Under the pieces are notes generated by a model, which saw nothing but the letters and a program-made list of their open reading frames with translations, was not told the origin of the DNA and searched no databases. The position numbers were made by a program, and so were the translations under genes. Positions 1 through 9,724 of a stretch of DNA of 64,000 bases are shown here, piece after piece (the first letter of the stretch is position 1; each line of letters opens with the position of its first letter). This DNA comes from Dehalococcoidia bacterium (GTDB taxonomy: Bacteria > Chloroflexota > Dehalococcoidia > Lucifugimonadales > SHYT01): the NCBI GenBank assembly GCA_009693045.1, contig SHXZ01000003.1, positions 128,958 through 192,957 of the forward strand, in the 5' to 3' direction.

Positions 1-76
1 CGTGCTGGAGCTGACGTGGCGCGGGCGGAGCGCCCAGGTGGTTGATTTGGCAAAGCTTGGGTAGGCCGACTCTTCG

Positions 77-123
77 GGGCTTACATACTTGACGCAGTGT
101 CTGGGTCAAGTATGTAAGCCCCC
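77..123. terminator. long inverted repeat downstream of MFS gene (terminator or REP-like)
   Basis: GGGGCTTACATACTTGAC...GTCAAGTATGTAAGCCCC arms immediately after the stop of 125..1429(-). Confidence 0.6.
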
Positions 124-124
124 C

Positions 125-1429
125 TCAATCAATCGGTTTCGCGGACTCAGGTTTGGTCGGAGCCTTTGCGAACAATGACGCGACGGCGCCAAGGAACCCA
201 AGGCATCCGCAGAACAGGAATCCCCACGTGAAGCTGCCGCTGATGTCGTAGAAGCGGGCGATGAGGAGCGGGAAAATCAGGCCGGGTACGGCCATGATCG
301 GCCGCACCCCTCCCTGAATCGTCGCGAAGGCCTTGCGGCCGAAGAAATTGGCGAACATGACGGGCTGAAGGATGCCAAAGGCGTTGCCAACGAGGCCGGA
401 AAAGAACCACCACACCCCGATGTTGTAAGGGTAAGGGACCAACGCCAGGGAGAAGACGCCGATACCCCGGCCGACGCTCACGATGAAGAGACAGAGGCGA
501 GCCGGTAGCTTGTCGATCAAGTAGCCCCAAATGAGCCGGGACCCGGTGCCGGGAATCCAGAATCCGACGATGACCCAGCCCACGGCCTGGTTGGACATGT
601 TGTGTTTGAGGGTAAGGTAGGGGGCCAGGGTGATCGTCATTGCCATTGTGGATCCCCCGATCACGAACGTCCCCATCAGCGCCCACAGCGCCCGAGTCCG
701 CAAGGCCTCCCGTAACGTCCAGGAGACATCGCTGACTACCGGCGCCCGCGAGGCCCCATTCCCTGAAGGCTTCCAATCCCCGTCAGGTTTCAAACCCACG
801 TCTTCCGGCTGGTTGCGGATGAGGATGGCCACGAGGGGCACCATCACCAGCAGGAGGGTCAGCCCCATCGCACCCCAGGCATGCCTCCATCCGAGAAGGG
901 TGATCAAGAAGGCCACAAGGGGGGCAAAGGCAATGTTGCCCGTAGTCTGGCCCAGGGTGGAGAAGGTGAGGGCGCGCCCTCGCCGCTGAATGAACCACTT
1001 GGCAACGGCCGACTGGCTCGCCAGGCCTGAGAACTCGGCTAAGCCGAGGGCGGCCACGCAGGTGTAGAGCAGCCAGAACTGCCAAACCTCCTGGATGAAC
1101 ATCATCAGGATCATGCCCACGCCGCCGACAACGGTGCCCCAGAGCATCACCGGCTTGACGCCGAAACGGTCGATAGCCCGTCCAAGGAACGGCGAGACGA
1201 TGATGCCACCAAAGGTGGCTGCCGTCGTGGCGCCGACGAGCGCGCTCAGAGACCAACCCAGAGAGTCCTTCATGGGCTTGAAGAATAGCGACACGGTGGA
1301 CTGGCCAAGGCCGCTGGCGAAGAAGTCAGCGGAGTAGCACACAGCTACGATGACCCAGCCGTAGAAGAAAGGGACTCTCCAACGCCCCAAAATAGCTGGG
1401 CCCGGAGCTGCTTTTTGTTCCATCGCCAC
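125..1429 (-). CDS. MFS transporter
   Basis: ~12 hydrophobic segments; FFYGWVIV start; motif A GRAIDRFGVK; KWFIQRRGRA. Confidence 0.9.
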   Translation of the reverse strand: MAMEQKAAPGPAILGRWRVPFFYGWVIVAVCYSADFFASGLGQSTVSLFFKPMKDSLGWSLSALVGATTAATFGGIIVSPFLGRAIDRFGVKPVMLWGTVVGGVGMILMMFIQEVWQFWLLYTCVAALGLAEFSGLASQSAVAKWFIQRRGRALTFSTLGQTTGNIAFAPLVAFLITLLGWRHAWGAMGLTLLLVMVPLVAILIRNQPEDVGLKPDGDWKPSGNGASRAPVVSDVSWTLREALRTRALWALMGTFVIGGSTMAMTITLAPYLTLKHNMSNQAVGWVIVGFWIPGTGSRLIWGYLIDKLPARLCLFIVSVGRGIGVFSLALVPYPYNIGVWWFFSGLVGNAFGILQPVMFANFFGRKAFATIQGGVRPIMAVPGLIFPLLIARFYDISGSFTWGFLFCGCLGFLGAVASLFAKAPTKPESAKPID

Positions 1430-1882
1430 CGCTTCTTACTCGTCAGGCCGGTCAAGTCGCACAGATAACCTGGCAGTAGCCTGATGGGACACTGTATCAA
1501 TCAGCCCACAAAGTCGCAATGGGGCGCTATTGTGAACCGTTAAAGGTCATATGGACAGCAACTTGCCTCTAGCGATGATGTGGACTGGTGGTTGTCACCG
1601 CGAGCGCCTTCCTCTCGGCCAGGCAGACCCTCACTCTCCTCCGTCACCCCGTCCGGATAGCTTTAGGCGGTATTGGCCACTCTCCTCAACCAAGAATCGA
1701 CTCCGAGAACGGCGATACCAGATGGCAGTGACATAATGGGGCTTGACAGGTGAAGTCCTCTCGCGGCGACCATTCTTCCCTCACCCTTACCCTTCCCTCC
1801 GGGATAGCTGTCCTCGGCGTTGAGGACTGGGTTCGGCGGCTGGCTGGGGCTGCTTAGCACTTGCGAAAGGGGCCTTGCTTGG

Positions 1883-2119
1883 GGGCTTATCTCTGACGCG
1901 TACATGCCCGGCGCCATGTCGGAGATGCCAACGCAGCTCGCGCGGGCGTTTGCGGGCGTGGACCTAATCCTCCACGCGGGGGACATCTACGGCGCGTCGT
2001 GCCTGGACTGGCTGCAGCGCATCGCCCCGGTCCTCGCCGTGGAGGTGTACAGCGGCAGCTACTGGAGCGGTGACTCCAGGGTCGTGGTCGGGCAGCGCGT
2101 GCTGTCGTCAGGTGATTGA
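1883..2119 (+). pseudogene. metallophosphoesterase (YfcE-like) N-terminal remnant
   Basis: GLISDAY (degenerate SDTH), AFAGVDLILHAGDI, IAPVLAV; no clear start and an early stop. Confidence 0.65.
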
Positions 2120-2218
2120 CCTGGCGAAGCCGACGTAGGGCGACCCTTCTGTGCGTGGCTTCCAACCACCCCAGTGAATCCGTTCCCCACGTCAGACACG
2201 GATTCTTCGCTCCGCTCA

Positions 2219-2399
2219 GAGCTTGTGAAGCAATGGTCATCCGAGCCTTTGGCTCTCCCGTCGACCTCCGGTGTCCATAAGCCAAGTTGGGGGACGCCCA
2301 CCGCCTCACCACCCACCTCTCCCTCAGTCCCTCCCAGACGCGGGGAGGGACTCTAACATCTGAGCGGCGACACGAATGTTGGCATTTGTTCACAGGCTC
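2219..2399. mobile_element. MITE copy 1 (IS5/IS1031-like ends) inserted in a REP
   Basis: TIRs GAGCTTGTGAA / TTCACAGGCTC, TCA duplicated on both sides; second copy at 54889..55076. Confidence 0.8.
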
Positions 2400-2461
2400 T
2401 CAGAATGACATGAAGGCCGCTGGCCGCTGACGTGTGGCCGGTCTGCTACAATCGCCTCATC

Positions 2462-3490
2462 ATGGTCACGTTAAGTGTGCTAGACCAGTCGCCCATCCGC
2501 GAGGGCGGGACGCCGCAGGACGCCATCCGCGAGACACTGGCGCTGGCGGAGGCCGCGGACCGGCTCGGCTACGCGCGGTACTGGCTCGCGGAGCACCACA
2601 GCGCCGAGGGCCTCGCGTCGGCGTCGCCGGAGGTACTTATCCCCGCCGTGGCGTCACGGACGAAGCACATCCGCGTCGGCTCCGGCGGCGTGATGCTGAT
2701 GCACTACAGCCCGCTGAAGGTCGCGGAGCAGTTCCGGATGCTGGAGTCGCTGTTCCCCGGCCGGATTGACCTGGGGCTGGGTCGCGCGCCCGGCAGCGAC
2801 CAGCGGACGGTGTTGGCTCTGGCCCCCAGCGCGAGGCCCACGCCCGTGAGCGCGTACCCCCACCTGGTGGCGGACCTCGTGCGGTTCCTCGCGGACGAGC
2901 TGCCGGACGAGCACCCGTTCCACGGCATCCACGCCAATCCTGCGGGGCATGGCATGCCGGAGCTGTGGCTGCTCGGCTCTGGCATTGAGAGTGCGCAGTT
3001 CGCGGCGGATATCGGGTGCGGGTTCTCGTTCGCGCATTTCATCAGCGCCGAGGGCGGGCCGCAGGTCGTGCAGATGTACCGCGACATGTTCAAGCCGTCG
3101 TCCGCGCTGCCGAAGCCGCGAGTGAACGTGGGCGTCTCGGTGGTGTGCGCGGAGACGCAGGAGCAGGCGGAGGGGCTCGCGTGGAGTCTGCGGATGTGGC
3201 GGCTCCAGCGGTTCACCGGCGCGCGGCGCGGCGGCGTCCCCTCGGTGGAGAAGGCGCTGGCGTACCCGTACACGCCGGCGCAGAAGCAGTTCCTCGCCAC
3301 CATGGAAGGCCGCTTCATCTACGGCGACCCGAAGCGGGTGAAGGAGCGGCTGCTGGCGCTGGGCGAGGAGTACGGCACGGACGACTTCGTCATCGTTACG
3401 ATCTGCCACCGGTTTGAGGACCGTCTGCGGTCGTACGAACTGCTGGCGGAGGCTTTTGACTTAGACCACCGCGACGGACCGAACGACTAG
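2462..3490 (+). CDS. LLM-class flavin-dependent oxidoreductase (luciferase-like)
   Basis: LSVLDQSPI, RYWLAEHH, IRVGSGGVML, PGRIDLGLGRAPG. Confidence 0.92.
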   Translation: MVTLSVLDQSPIREGGTPQDAIRETLALAEAADRLGYARYWLAEHHSAEGLASASPEVLIPAVASRTKHIRVGSGGVMLMHYSPLKVAEQFRMLESLFPGRIDLGLGRAPGSDQRTVLALAPSARPTPVSAYPHLVADLVRFLADELPDEHPFHGIHANPAGHGMPELWLLGSGIESAQFAADIGCGFSFAHFISAEGGPQVVQMYRDMFKPSSALPKPRVNVGVSVVCAETQEQAEGLAWSLRMWRLQRFTGARRGGVPSVEKALAYPYTPAQKQFLATMEGRFIYGDPKRVKERLLALGEEYGTDDFVIVTICHRFEDRLRSYELLAEAFDLDHRDGPND

Positions 3491-3802
3491 CGGACCGGTC
3501 ATCATCGCCCGCGTTTCCGCCTCACCTCCCCTCGGCTACGCTCGGGGCAGGCTCTATCCCTCTCCACTTGACATTTCCCCCTCGCTCCGCTGGGGGCCGA
3601 GGGCGGGCGTGGAAGAGGGGGAGCACCGAATTTCGCTTTCGCGAGACCGACAGTTTGACTCAACGTTGGCATACCACCACGAACCAGGCGTGTACTTTCC
3701 TCCTCAACCTCGGCCCCACGGTTGGACGTAGAATGAGGGGGCCGGCAGGGACACCTGCGGTAGGGACTTTCGCGAGTCGTTGAGAAGCAGGGACGGTACT
3801 CC

Positions 3803-4474
3803 ATGCAGCAAGTTCTGGTCGTTGAGGACGAATCCGCTATCGGCGACGTCCTGAAGCTCGGACTGGAGCAGGAAGGGTTTTCGGTGGAGCTTGCCTTTGA
3901 CGGGCGCGCTGGGCTGGAGTCGTTTGGCCGCCGCAGGCCGGACCTTGTGCTGCTGGACATCTTGCTGCCGAAGATGGACGGCTGGGAGGTGTGCAGGCGC
4001 ATTAGGGCTACGAGCAACGTGCCGATCATCATCCTTTCGGCGAAGGACGCGATCCAGGACCGGGTCAAGGGGCTTGACCTTGGCAGCGACGACTACCTTG
4101 TCAAGCCCTTTAGCCTGGACGAGTTGCTGGCCAGGGTACGCGCGGTGCTGCGACGACGGAGCGAGTCGTCAAACGCCAAGGCGTTGACGTTCCTTGACCT
4201 GGAGGTGAGGACGGAAAACCGCGAGGCCGTGCGGGCGAACTTCCCCATCGTGTTGACCACGAAAGAGTTTGACCTGCTGTGCTTTTTTCTACGGCATCCA
4301 CGGCAGGTGCTGTCCAAGGAGCGGATTCTAGAAGGGGTCTGGGGCCGTGATTACGTTGGCGAGAGCAATGTCATTGAGGTGTATGTGGGGCACTTGCGTC
4401 GCAAACTGGGGGAGCCGCCGCTGATCCAGACGATCCGCAACGCTGGATACGCATTGAGGGCGGACCCATGGTGA
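3803..4474 (+). CDS. OmpR/PhoB-family response regulator
   Basis: VLVVEDE, LLDILLP, GSDDYLVKPF, winged-helix VIEVYVGHLRRKL. Confidence 0.95.
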   Translation: MQQVLVVEDESAIGDVLKLGLEQEGFSVELAFDGRAGLESFGRRRPDLVLLDILLPKMDGWEVCRRIRATSNVPIIILSAKDAIQDRVKGLDLGSDDYLVKPFSLDELLARVRAVLRRRSESSNAKALTFLDLEVRTENREAVRANFPIVLTTKEFDLLCFFLRHPRQVLSKERILEGVWGRDYVGESNVIEVYVGHLRRKLGEPPLIQTIRNAGYALRADPW

Positions 4475-5904
4475 CGTGGTCCGGGACGCTTCGCTGGCGC
4501 ATTACGTTTTTGTTTGCCATTTTCCTTGCGGCGTTACTCTCAGGCTTGGGATATGTGATTTACGAAGGCGTGGAAGGGTTCCTGCTGGATGCCTCGGCCT
4601 CGCGGCTCCGTGCGGCGATTGACGCCGAGGTGAAGATCACGAATGCGTCGGCGAATCTGGATACCTCGCAGAGCGCCGGCCCCGCGCTGCACTTCTCCCG
4701 GGATCCGCTAGGCGAGACTTCGGTACTTTTCCTGGACGCTGCGGGGCAACCTTATCGCGCGGTTTCCGCGTCCAACGGCGTCAGAGCGGTGAAGTACTCG
4801 GACATCCCTTACGACGCTATCATCTCCGAACCGGAGGAGGCTGTCTTCACGGTTCGGGACCAGCAGACGCGGGAGCGGACGATGGTGCTCCTCGTGGCCC
4901 TACAGACCCCTGACGGGTCTGTACAGGGGCTCGTCCAAGGCGCACGCTCTTTGAGGCGAGCAGACCAACTCCTGGTGCAGGTGCGCTGGCTCCTGGTGAT
5001 TGCCATGGGGACGTCACTGCTCGCGGCGATCTCGGTGGTCCTCATCATCGGCGCGGTCAGCCTGCGGCCTCTGGAGAAGATGGCGACGACGGCCCAGTCC
5101 ATCGCCACCGGAGACCTAAAGCAACGGATGGCGTTCGCCCAACGGGGCGATGAGATTGGCAAGCTCGCGACCGCGTTCAACACCATGCTGGACAGCATTC
5201 AGGGGGCGTTTTCCAACGAACAGCAGCTACGGGGAAATCTCAAGGCGTTCCTCGCCGACGTCTCTCATGAACTGCGCACCCCGCTGACGGCTGTCCGGGG
5301 CTATACGGACGTGTTGCTTCGTGGCGGGCTCAAGAACCAGGCTCTGACCGAGCGCGCCCTGCGCTCCATGCAGGGGGAGCTGGAGCGGATGACGAGGCTG
5401 ATCAGCGACCTGCTTTCGCTGAGCCGGATTGAGACAGGAATCGGCCTGCGTTCAGAGCTGGTTGACCTGCGGGCGGTGTGCCGGGAGGCTTGTGCCGAGG
5501 TCCGCGTGATCGCCGGTGGCCGCGAAGTGGCGCTGAATACGAACGGACCCGTGGCGGCGCCGGTGGACCGAGACCGCTTGAAACAGGTCGTGTTGAACCT
5601 GCTTCAGAACGCCATCCAGCACACGCCCGAACAGGGCCACATTTCCGTCAGCGTGTACGCGGGGGACGGGTCCGGGGTGATTCAGGTCGCCGACGACGGC
5701 GATGGCATGGCTGCGGATGATCTGCCCAACGTTTTCGAACGCTTCTACCGGGGGGCCGGCTCCGCCGACAAGCCTGGAGGCGTAGGGCTTGGCCTCGCTA
5801 TTACGAAGGCGCTTGTGGATGCGCACCACGGCAAAATCGCCGTTGAGAGCGCGCCAAACCAAGGAACGACGTTTACCGTGACCCTCCCGCTGGCCACGAC
5901 CTAA
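4468..5904 (+). CDS. HAMP-domain sensor histidine kinase
   Basis: two TM helices, HAMP (DEIGKLATAFNTML), H-box SHELRTPL, N/G1/F/G2 boxes. Confidence 0.95.
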   Translation: MVTWSGTLRWRITFLFAIFLAALLSGLGYVIYEGVEGFLLDASASRLRAAIDAEVKITNASANLDTSQSAGPALHFSRDPLGETSVLFLDAAGQPYRAVSASNGVRAVKYSDIPYDAIISEPEEAVFTVRDQQTRERTMVLLVALQTPDGSVQGLVQGARSLRRADQLLVQVRWLLVIAMGTSLLAAISVVLIIGAVSLRPLEKMATTAQSIATGDLKQRMAFAQRGDEIGKLATAFNTMLDSIQGAFSNEQQLRGNLKAFLADVSHELRTPLTAVRGYTDVLLRGGLKNQALTERALRSMQGELERMTRLISDLLSLSRIETGIGLRSELVDLRAVCREACAEVRVIAGGREVALNTNGPVAAPVDRDRLKQVVLNLLQNAIQHTPEQGHISVSVYAGDGSGVIQVADDGDGMAADDLPNVFERFYRGAGSADKPGGVGLGLAITKALVDAHHGKIAVESAPNQGTTFTVTLPLATT

Positions 5905-5906
5905 CA

Positions 5907-5960
5907 CTCAGCCGCTTTTTACCTCGCCTTCAGCCGCTGTTCAGGTTGCTCCGGCATAAT
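5907..5960 (+). promoter_or_regulatory. putative OmpR-family operator with -10 element
   Basis: half-sites CTCAG(5907), TTTAC(5918), TTCAG(5929), TTCAG(5940) at exact 11-bp spacing, then CATAAT at 5955-5960. Confidence 0.6.
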
Positions 5961-6048
5961 CACGCCATAGGGGTAGGTAGCTTATCCCTGGCCGCGTTGC
6001 GGCTAGGCACACGATGCGAATCCTGTCGCCTTACCCCTGGAAGGTCGT

Positions 6049-7122
6049 ATGCGGGATGTAGACCCCTTAGACGTCAAGGCCTGTTTAAACGTTGCCCGTG
6101 AGAGATCTGGGTTTGAACGACTGGCAGGCCTGAAACTCGCGAAGCTCCATGCGCTCATAGACTGGATTCGTCCAACGGGCTCCAGGGCGGAAGAGGTGAT
6201 CGGCAGGGCGATGGTGGCGATGGTGCAGGCACATGTTGCAAGCGCGGCTTCCTCTTATTCACCGTTGCATTCTGAGGCGAGAGCGGGAGCTTTCGCGGAG
6301 GACGGGTACTCTTTGCGGACGAGTCCGGCGGCTCCGCGGTCTGGACGGAGGGATGCCGCGCTCCTCGGCCCGCAGACACAGGAGTTGGCGTGTGAGGCAG
6401 CTGTGATGATGAACGCTGGAGCTGGCATCTTGGTGCCTGAGGCTGACCTCCGAGAACGGGTCGCGGCTTTGCTTCGCGCGGAGGAGGACCAGTTTGACGC
6501 CGACTTGGCCGCCGGCTCGGCAGTTCAGGTCCGCACGGCGCGGTTTGTCCCCACGGACGACTATGCAGGCATTATGCAACTGGACCCGGTGGTCTACGGA
6601 AGCAGCCCTGCCAAGCCGCTGTGGAAGTCCGAGGAGCTTGAGACGCTATCCAGGGTATTCCCCGAGGGAGCATTGATTGCAGCCAACCGGCGCGGGACGG
6701 TGCTAGGGTACTGCATTGTGCTCCCCGTGAAGCCCAGCTTCGTTAGCGATTACCTGAGCGGGAAGCGCCGCGCCGACGCTGACTGGAACCTTCTTCAGGA
6801 CCCACTTACCGCGCAGGAGGCCCGCGATGCTCCGGCGGTTTGCGCTCTGCTGAGCGACATCTGCGCGTTCCCCCTGCCGACGCTCCGTTTGCACGCGGCT
6901 CTTGGTTTTGCGCGGGAGCTCAAGCGCAAGCTTCGCGAGTATCCGAACTGCGACCGGGCGTGCGCGATTGTGGTCAGCGAAGAAGGCAAGCGGCTTGACC
7001 GGATGTTCCGGTCGTTCATGAAGCTTGAGCAGGAGCGCGACAACGGCGAGTGGGGCCTGTTTAGGGTCTGGAAGCTCCACACAAAGGACGCTGACTGCTT
7101 GACTCAACCTGCTGAGGCTTAA
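6049..7122 (+). CDS. hypothetical protein with a probable C-terminal GNAT-like domain
   Basis: DYAGIMQLDPVVY...FPEGALIAANRRGTVLGYCIVLPV...CAIVVSEEGKRL pattern resembles a GNAT fold; N-terminus unrecognised. Confidence 0.6.
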   Translation: MRDVDPLDVKACLNVARERSGFERLAGLKLAKLHALIDWIRPTGSRAEEVIGRAMVAMVQAHVASAASSYSPLHSEARAGAFAEDGYSLRTSPAAPRSGRRDAALLGPQTQELACEAAVMMNAGAGILVPEADLRERVAALLRAEEDQFDADLAAGSAVQVRTARFVPTDDYAGIMQLDPVVYGSSPAKPLWKSEELETLSRVFPEGALIAANRRGTVLGYCIVLPVKPSFVSDYLSGKRRADADWNLLQDPLTAQEARDAPAVCALLSDICAFPLPTLRLHAALGFARELKRKLREYPNCDRACAIVVSEEGKRLDRMFRSFMKLEQERDNGEWGLFRVWKLHTKDADCLTQPAEA

Positions 7123-7142
7123 GCGAACGTGGAGATGCGGAA

Positions 7143-7481
7143 TTGAACGGACTGCACCTGCTGGTTCAAGGGTACCTTGAGCATCGCCTGGAGCCCGCCG
7201 AGGTCACGAGGGTGTTGCGGGACCTTCCGCAGCTTATTGGGATGACCATCGTGAGCGGGCCGCACGTGTTTGACCATTCGGGCATCGTTGTCATTGCGGA
7301 GTCTCACATCAGCATCCACTGGCTCGGGGACGCTTGCTGGGTTGACGTGTTCTCGTGCAAGGAGTTTGACCCCACCGTCGCTACACGCTTTATCCAGGAA
7401 CGGCTCCATTTCCGCCACGTCGTGGAGACGCGGGTGATTACGAGGGGGCCGGTTGACGTACGAACCCCTGCTCTGGTGTAG
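7143..7481 (+). CDS. S-adenosylmethionine decarboxylase family proenzyme (pyruvoyl-dependent)
   Basis: GLHLL start, SGIVVIAESHISIHW self-cleavage motif, VDVFSC, terminal ITRG; TTG start after GGAG. Confidence 0.85.
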   Translation: MNGLHLLVQGYLEHRLEPAEVTRVLRDLPQLIGMTIVSGPHVFDHSGIVVIAESHISIHWLGDACWVDVFSCKEFDPTVATRFIQERLHFRHVVETRVITRGPVDVRTPALV

Positions 7482-7611
7482 ACTTCACGGGAGGAACTAC
7501 GATGAAGAAAGAACGCTGAGAGCAAGGGGTCTAAGAAGAAGTAACTGGCTAAGTCCCAGGCTTCACGACTGGGCTGGGCATGGCGCGTTCGATGGCATAG
7601 GCGACGTTGGC

Positions 7612-7770
7612 CCATGGAGGGCCGCTTCATCTATCGGTGACCCGAAGCGCGTGAAGGAACGGCTGCTGGCCCTGGGCGAGGAGTACGCCACGGATGACTT
7701 CGTGATCGTGACGGTTTGCCACCGGTTTAAGGACCGTCTGCGGTCGTACAAGCTGCTGGCGGAGGCGTTT
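7612..7770 (+). repeat. displaced, diverged copy of the LLM gene 3' end (3300..3457)
   Basis: aligns codon by codon (GDPKRVKERLLALGEEY.TDDFVIVT.CHRF.DRLRSY.LLAEAF); mostly synonymous changes and one 1-nt insertion. Confidence 0.9.
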
Positions 7771-7874
7771 TGGTTGAATGGCGAAGCCCCTTCGGCAACT
7801 CCTGGAGCTTCGCTCACCCCTAGCGCGTCGGCGGTGCACAGCCAAAGTGACGGGCTAGGGAACACTCCACTCCA

Positions 7875-8195
7875 ATGAGATGGCTCTTGCTGGGCATGGC
7901 GATCGCGCTGGAGGTGTGCGGAGAGATCTCCGTGAAGCTGTCCCAAGGATTCAGTCGAGCCACCCCTTCGGTGCTGGTCTTTGTGTTCTACGGCCTCTCG
8001 TTTGTCTCGTTCATCTTTGCCGTGAAGTGGGTTCCTCTGAGCGTAGCCTATGCTATTTGGTCCGGCGTGGGCATCGTCAGCATTACCATCATCGGCGCCC
8101 TACTATTCCGCGAAGGCTTGGGAGCGGCGAAGGTCCTCTTCATCGCGCTGATCATCGCGGGCGTCGTGGGACTGCAGTTGACCGGGCGTCGGTGA
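7875..8195 (+). CDS. SMR-family small multidrug efflux protein
   Basis: WLLLGMAIALEV, KLSQGF, PLSVAYAIWSGVG; 4 TM. Confidence 0.9.
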   Translation: MRWLLLGMAIALEVCGEISVKLSQGFSRATPSVLVFVFYGLSFVSFIFAVKWVPLSVAYAIWSGVGIVSITIIGALLFREGLGAAKVLFIALIIAGVVGLQLTGRR

Positions 8196-8688
8196 CGCGT
8201 GCCGCCCTGGCGGGCTTCGCCGGCTCACTGCCGCCACCCATCCTGACGATAGTCCTCCACTCTTGCTCCGTCACCGGCTGCACGGAGAGGCGCCCGAGTC
8301 TAAAGAGCGTCATGTCCTTCAACGCCGGTACCCGTTTCAGCTCCTCCAGAGTCACGGGCCGCGTGAAGCGCTGGTCGGCGCGGATGTCCACCATGAACCA
8401 CGTAGGGTTGTCCGGCGTGCTCTTCGGGTCAGGGTGATCCGACTTGGGGTCCCAGGCGGTGTGGTCGGGGTAGCCTCCGCGCGCGACGACGGCGGTGCCC
8501 ACGATTGCCTGGTGGTTAGGGCTGCTGTGGTAGAACAGCACGCCGTCGCCTTGCTTGATCTGGTCGCGGAGGAAGTTGCGGGCCGCGAAGTTGCGCACGC
8601 CGTCCCACTCAGAGACGCCGTCGCGGACCAGGTCGTCATAGGAGTAGGCGCCAGGCTCGGACTTAAACAGCCAGTAGCGGCGGGGCAT
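8152..8688 (-). CDS. EVE domain protein
   Basis: YWLFKSEP, WDGVRNFAARN, GDGVLFYHS, RLSVQPV. Confidence 0.92.
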   Translation of the reverse strand: MPRRYWLFKSEPGAYSYDDLVRDGVSEWDGVRNFAARNFLRDQIKQGDGVLFYHSSPNHQAIVGTAVVARGGYPDHTAWDPKSDHPDPKSTPDNPTWFMVDIRADQRFTRPVTLEELKRVPALKDMTLFRLGRLSVQPVTEQEWRTIVRMGGGSEPAKPARAARVTDARSTAVPRRPR

Positions 8689-8781
8689 TGCGACCTCCTG
8701 AGATACGGTGACTTGGCGTCATGATAGCATCGCGCGAGCATGGTACACTCGCAGCCACGTGGCTGCTGAGGAGGCGATGCC

Positions 8782-9609
8782 GTGGCATCCAACAGCGACT
8801 TAGCGAAGGCCGCGAGGGCGCTCTCCCGCGCCGACCCTGTGTTGCGTGACGTCATCAAGAAGGTGGGGCCCATCACGCTCAGGCCGCCGGGCGAGCCGTT
8901 CCCGTCGCTGGTGCGTTCCATCTTTTACCAGCAGCTCGCGGGGCCTGCGGCAGCGGCCATCCTGAGGCGCTTCCTGGCGCTGTACGGCGACGGCGCCTTC
9001 CCCGCGCCGCAGCAGGTGCTGGAGACGTCCGACGAGCAGCTCCGTTCGGCGGGCCTGTCGCGCCAGAAGCTGGGCTACCTGAGGGACCTGTCAGCCAAAT
9101 TCGCGGACGGCACCCTCAGCAACGAGAAGCTCAGGTCGCTGCCCGACGACGAGCTTGAGAAGGCGCTCATGTCGGTGAAAGGCATCGGGCGGTGGACGGC
9201 GGACATGTTCCTGATGAACGTGCTGCACCGGCTGGACATTCTGGCGGTGGACGACCTGGGCCTGCGCAAGGGAGCGCAGCAGGCGTTTGGGTTGGAGACG
9301 ACGCCGACGCCTAAGGAGCTGTTGGCGCTGGGCGAGCGATGGCGCCCGTACCGGTCGCTGGCGGCGTTGTACCTGTGGCGAAGCCTGGATGGCCGCCCGC
9401 CAAGACCGCCTGAGAAGCAGGCAGTCGGCACGCCGGAGGGTAACCACTCGCGCCAAGGTTTCTGCAACGAGCGATGCATCGAAGGCCCGGCAGGACCGGG
9501 CTCCAGCGGGCAAGGCCAAGACGCCCAAGAGAGCGGCGACGGGCAAGGGACAACCAGCGCCACGAAGCGGGCCACGTTGACACCGCGGAGGCTGCCATCG
9601 CCGCAGTGA
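8782..9609 (+). CDS. DNA-3-methyladenine glycosylase II (AlkA family)
   Basis: SIFYQQL, GLSRQK, HhH KGIGRWTADMFL, DLGLRK, WRPYRS; low-complexity tail. Confidence 0.9.
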   Translation: MASNSDLAKAARALSRADPVLRDVIKKVGPITLRPPGEPFPSLVRSIFYQQLAGPAAAAILRRFLALYGDGAFPAPQQVLETSDEQLRSAGLSRQKLGYLRDLSAKFADGTLSNEKLRSLPDDELEKALMSVKGIGRWTADMFLMNVLHRLDILAVDDLGLRKGAQQAFGLETTPTPKELLALGERWRPYRSLAALYLWRSLDGRPPRPPEKQAVGTPEGNHSRQGFCNERCIEGPAGPGSSGQGQDAQESGDGQGTTSATKRATLTPRRLPSPQ

Positions 9610-9724
9610 GTCGCGCAAGGGCATAGCCCTTAACACAAGGAAAACCCAGAAATTACCCAAAAACCTGTTGCATTTTGCTCTCTTGAGACGACACACTATT
9701 CCAAGTATCGCTCAGGAGACTCGA

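Noticed and set aside
3300-7770. Duplicated gene tails as DGR template/variable repeats
   Set aside because: Mismatches are not adenine-specific, are mostly synonymous, and there is no reverse transcriptase in the window.
9389-9609. Alternative Lys/Ala-rich frame at the end of the AlkA-like gene
   Set aside because: Both frames are low-complexity tails; I cannot distinguish a frameshift from natural tail variation.
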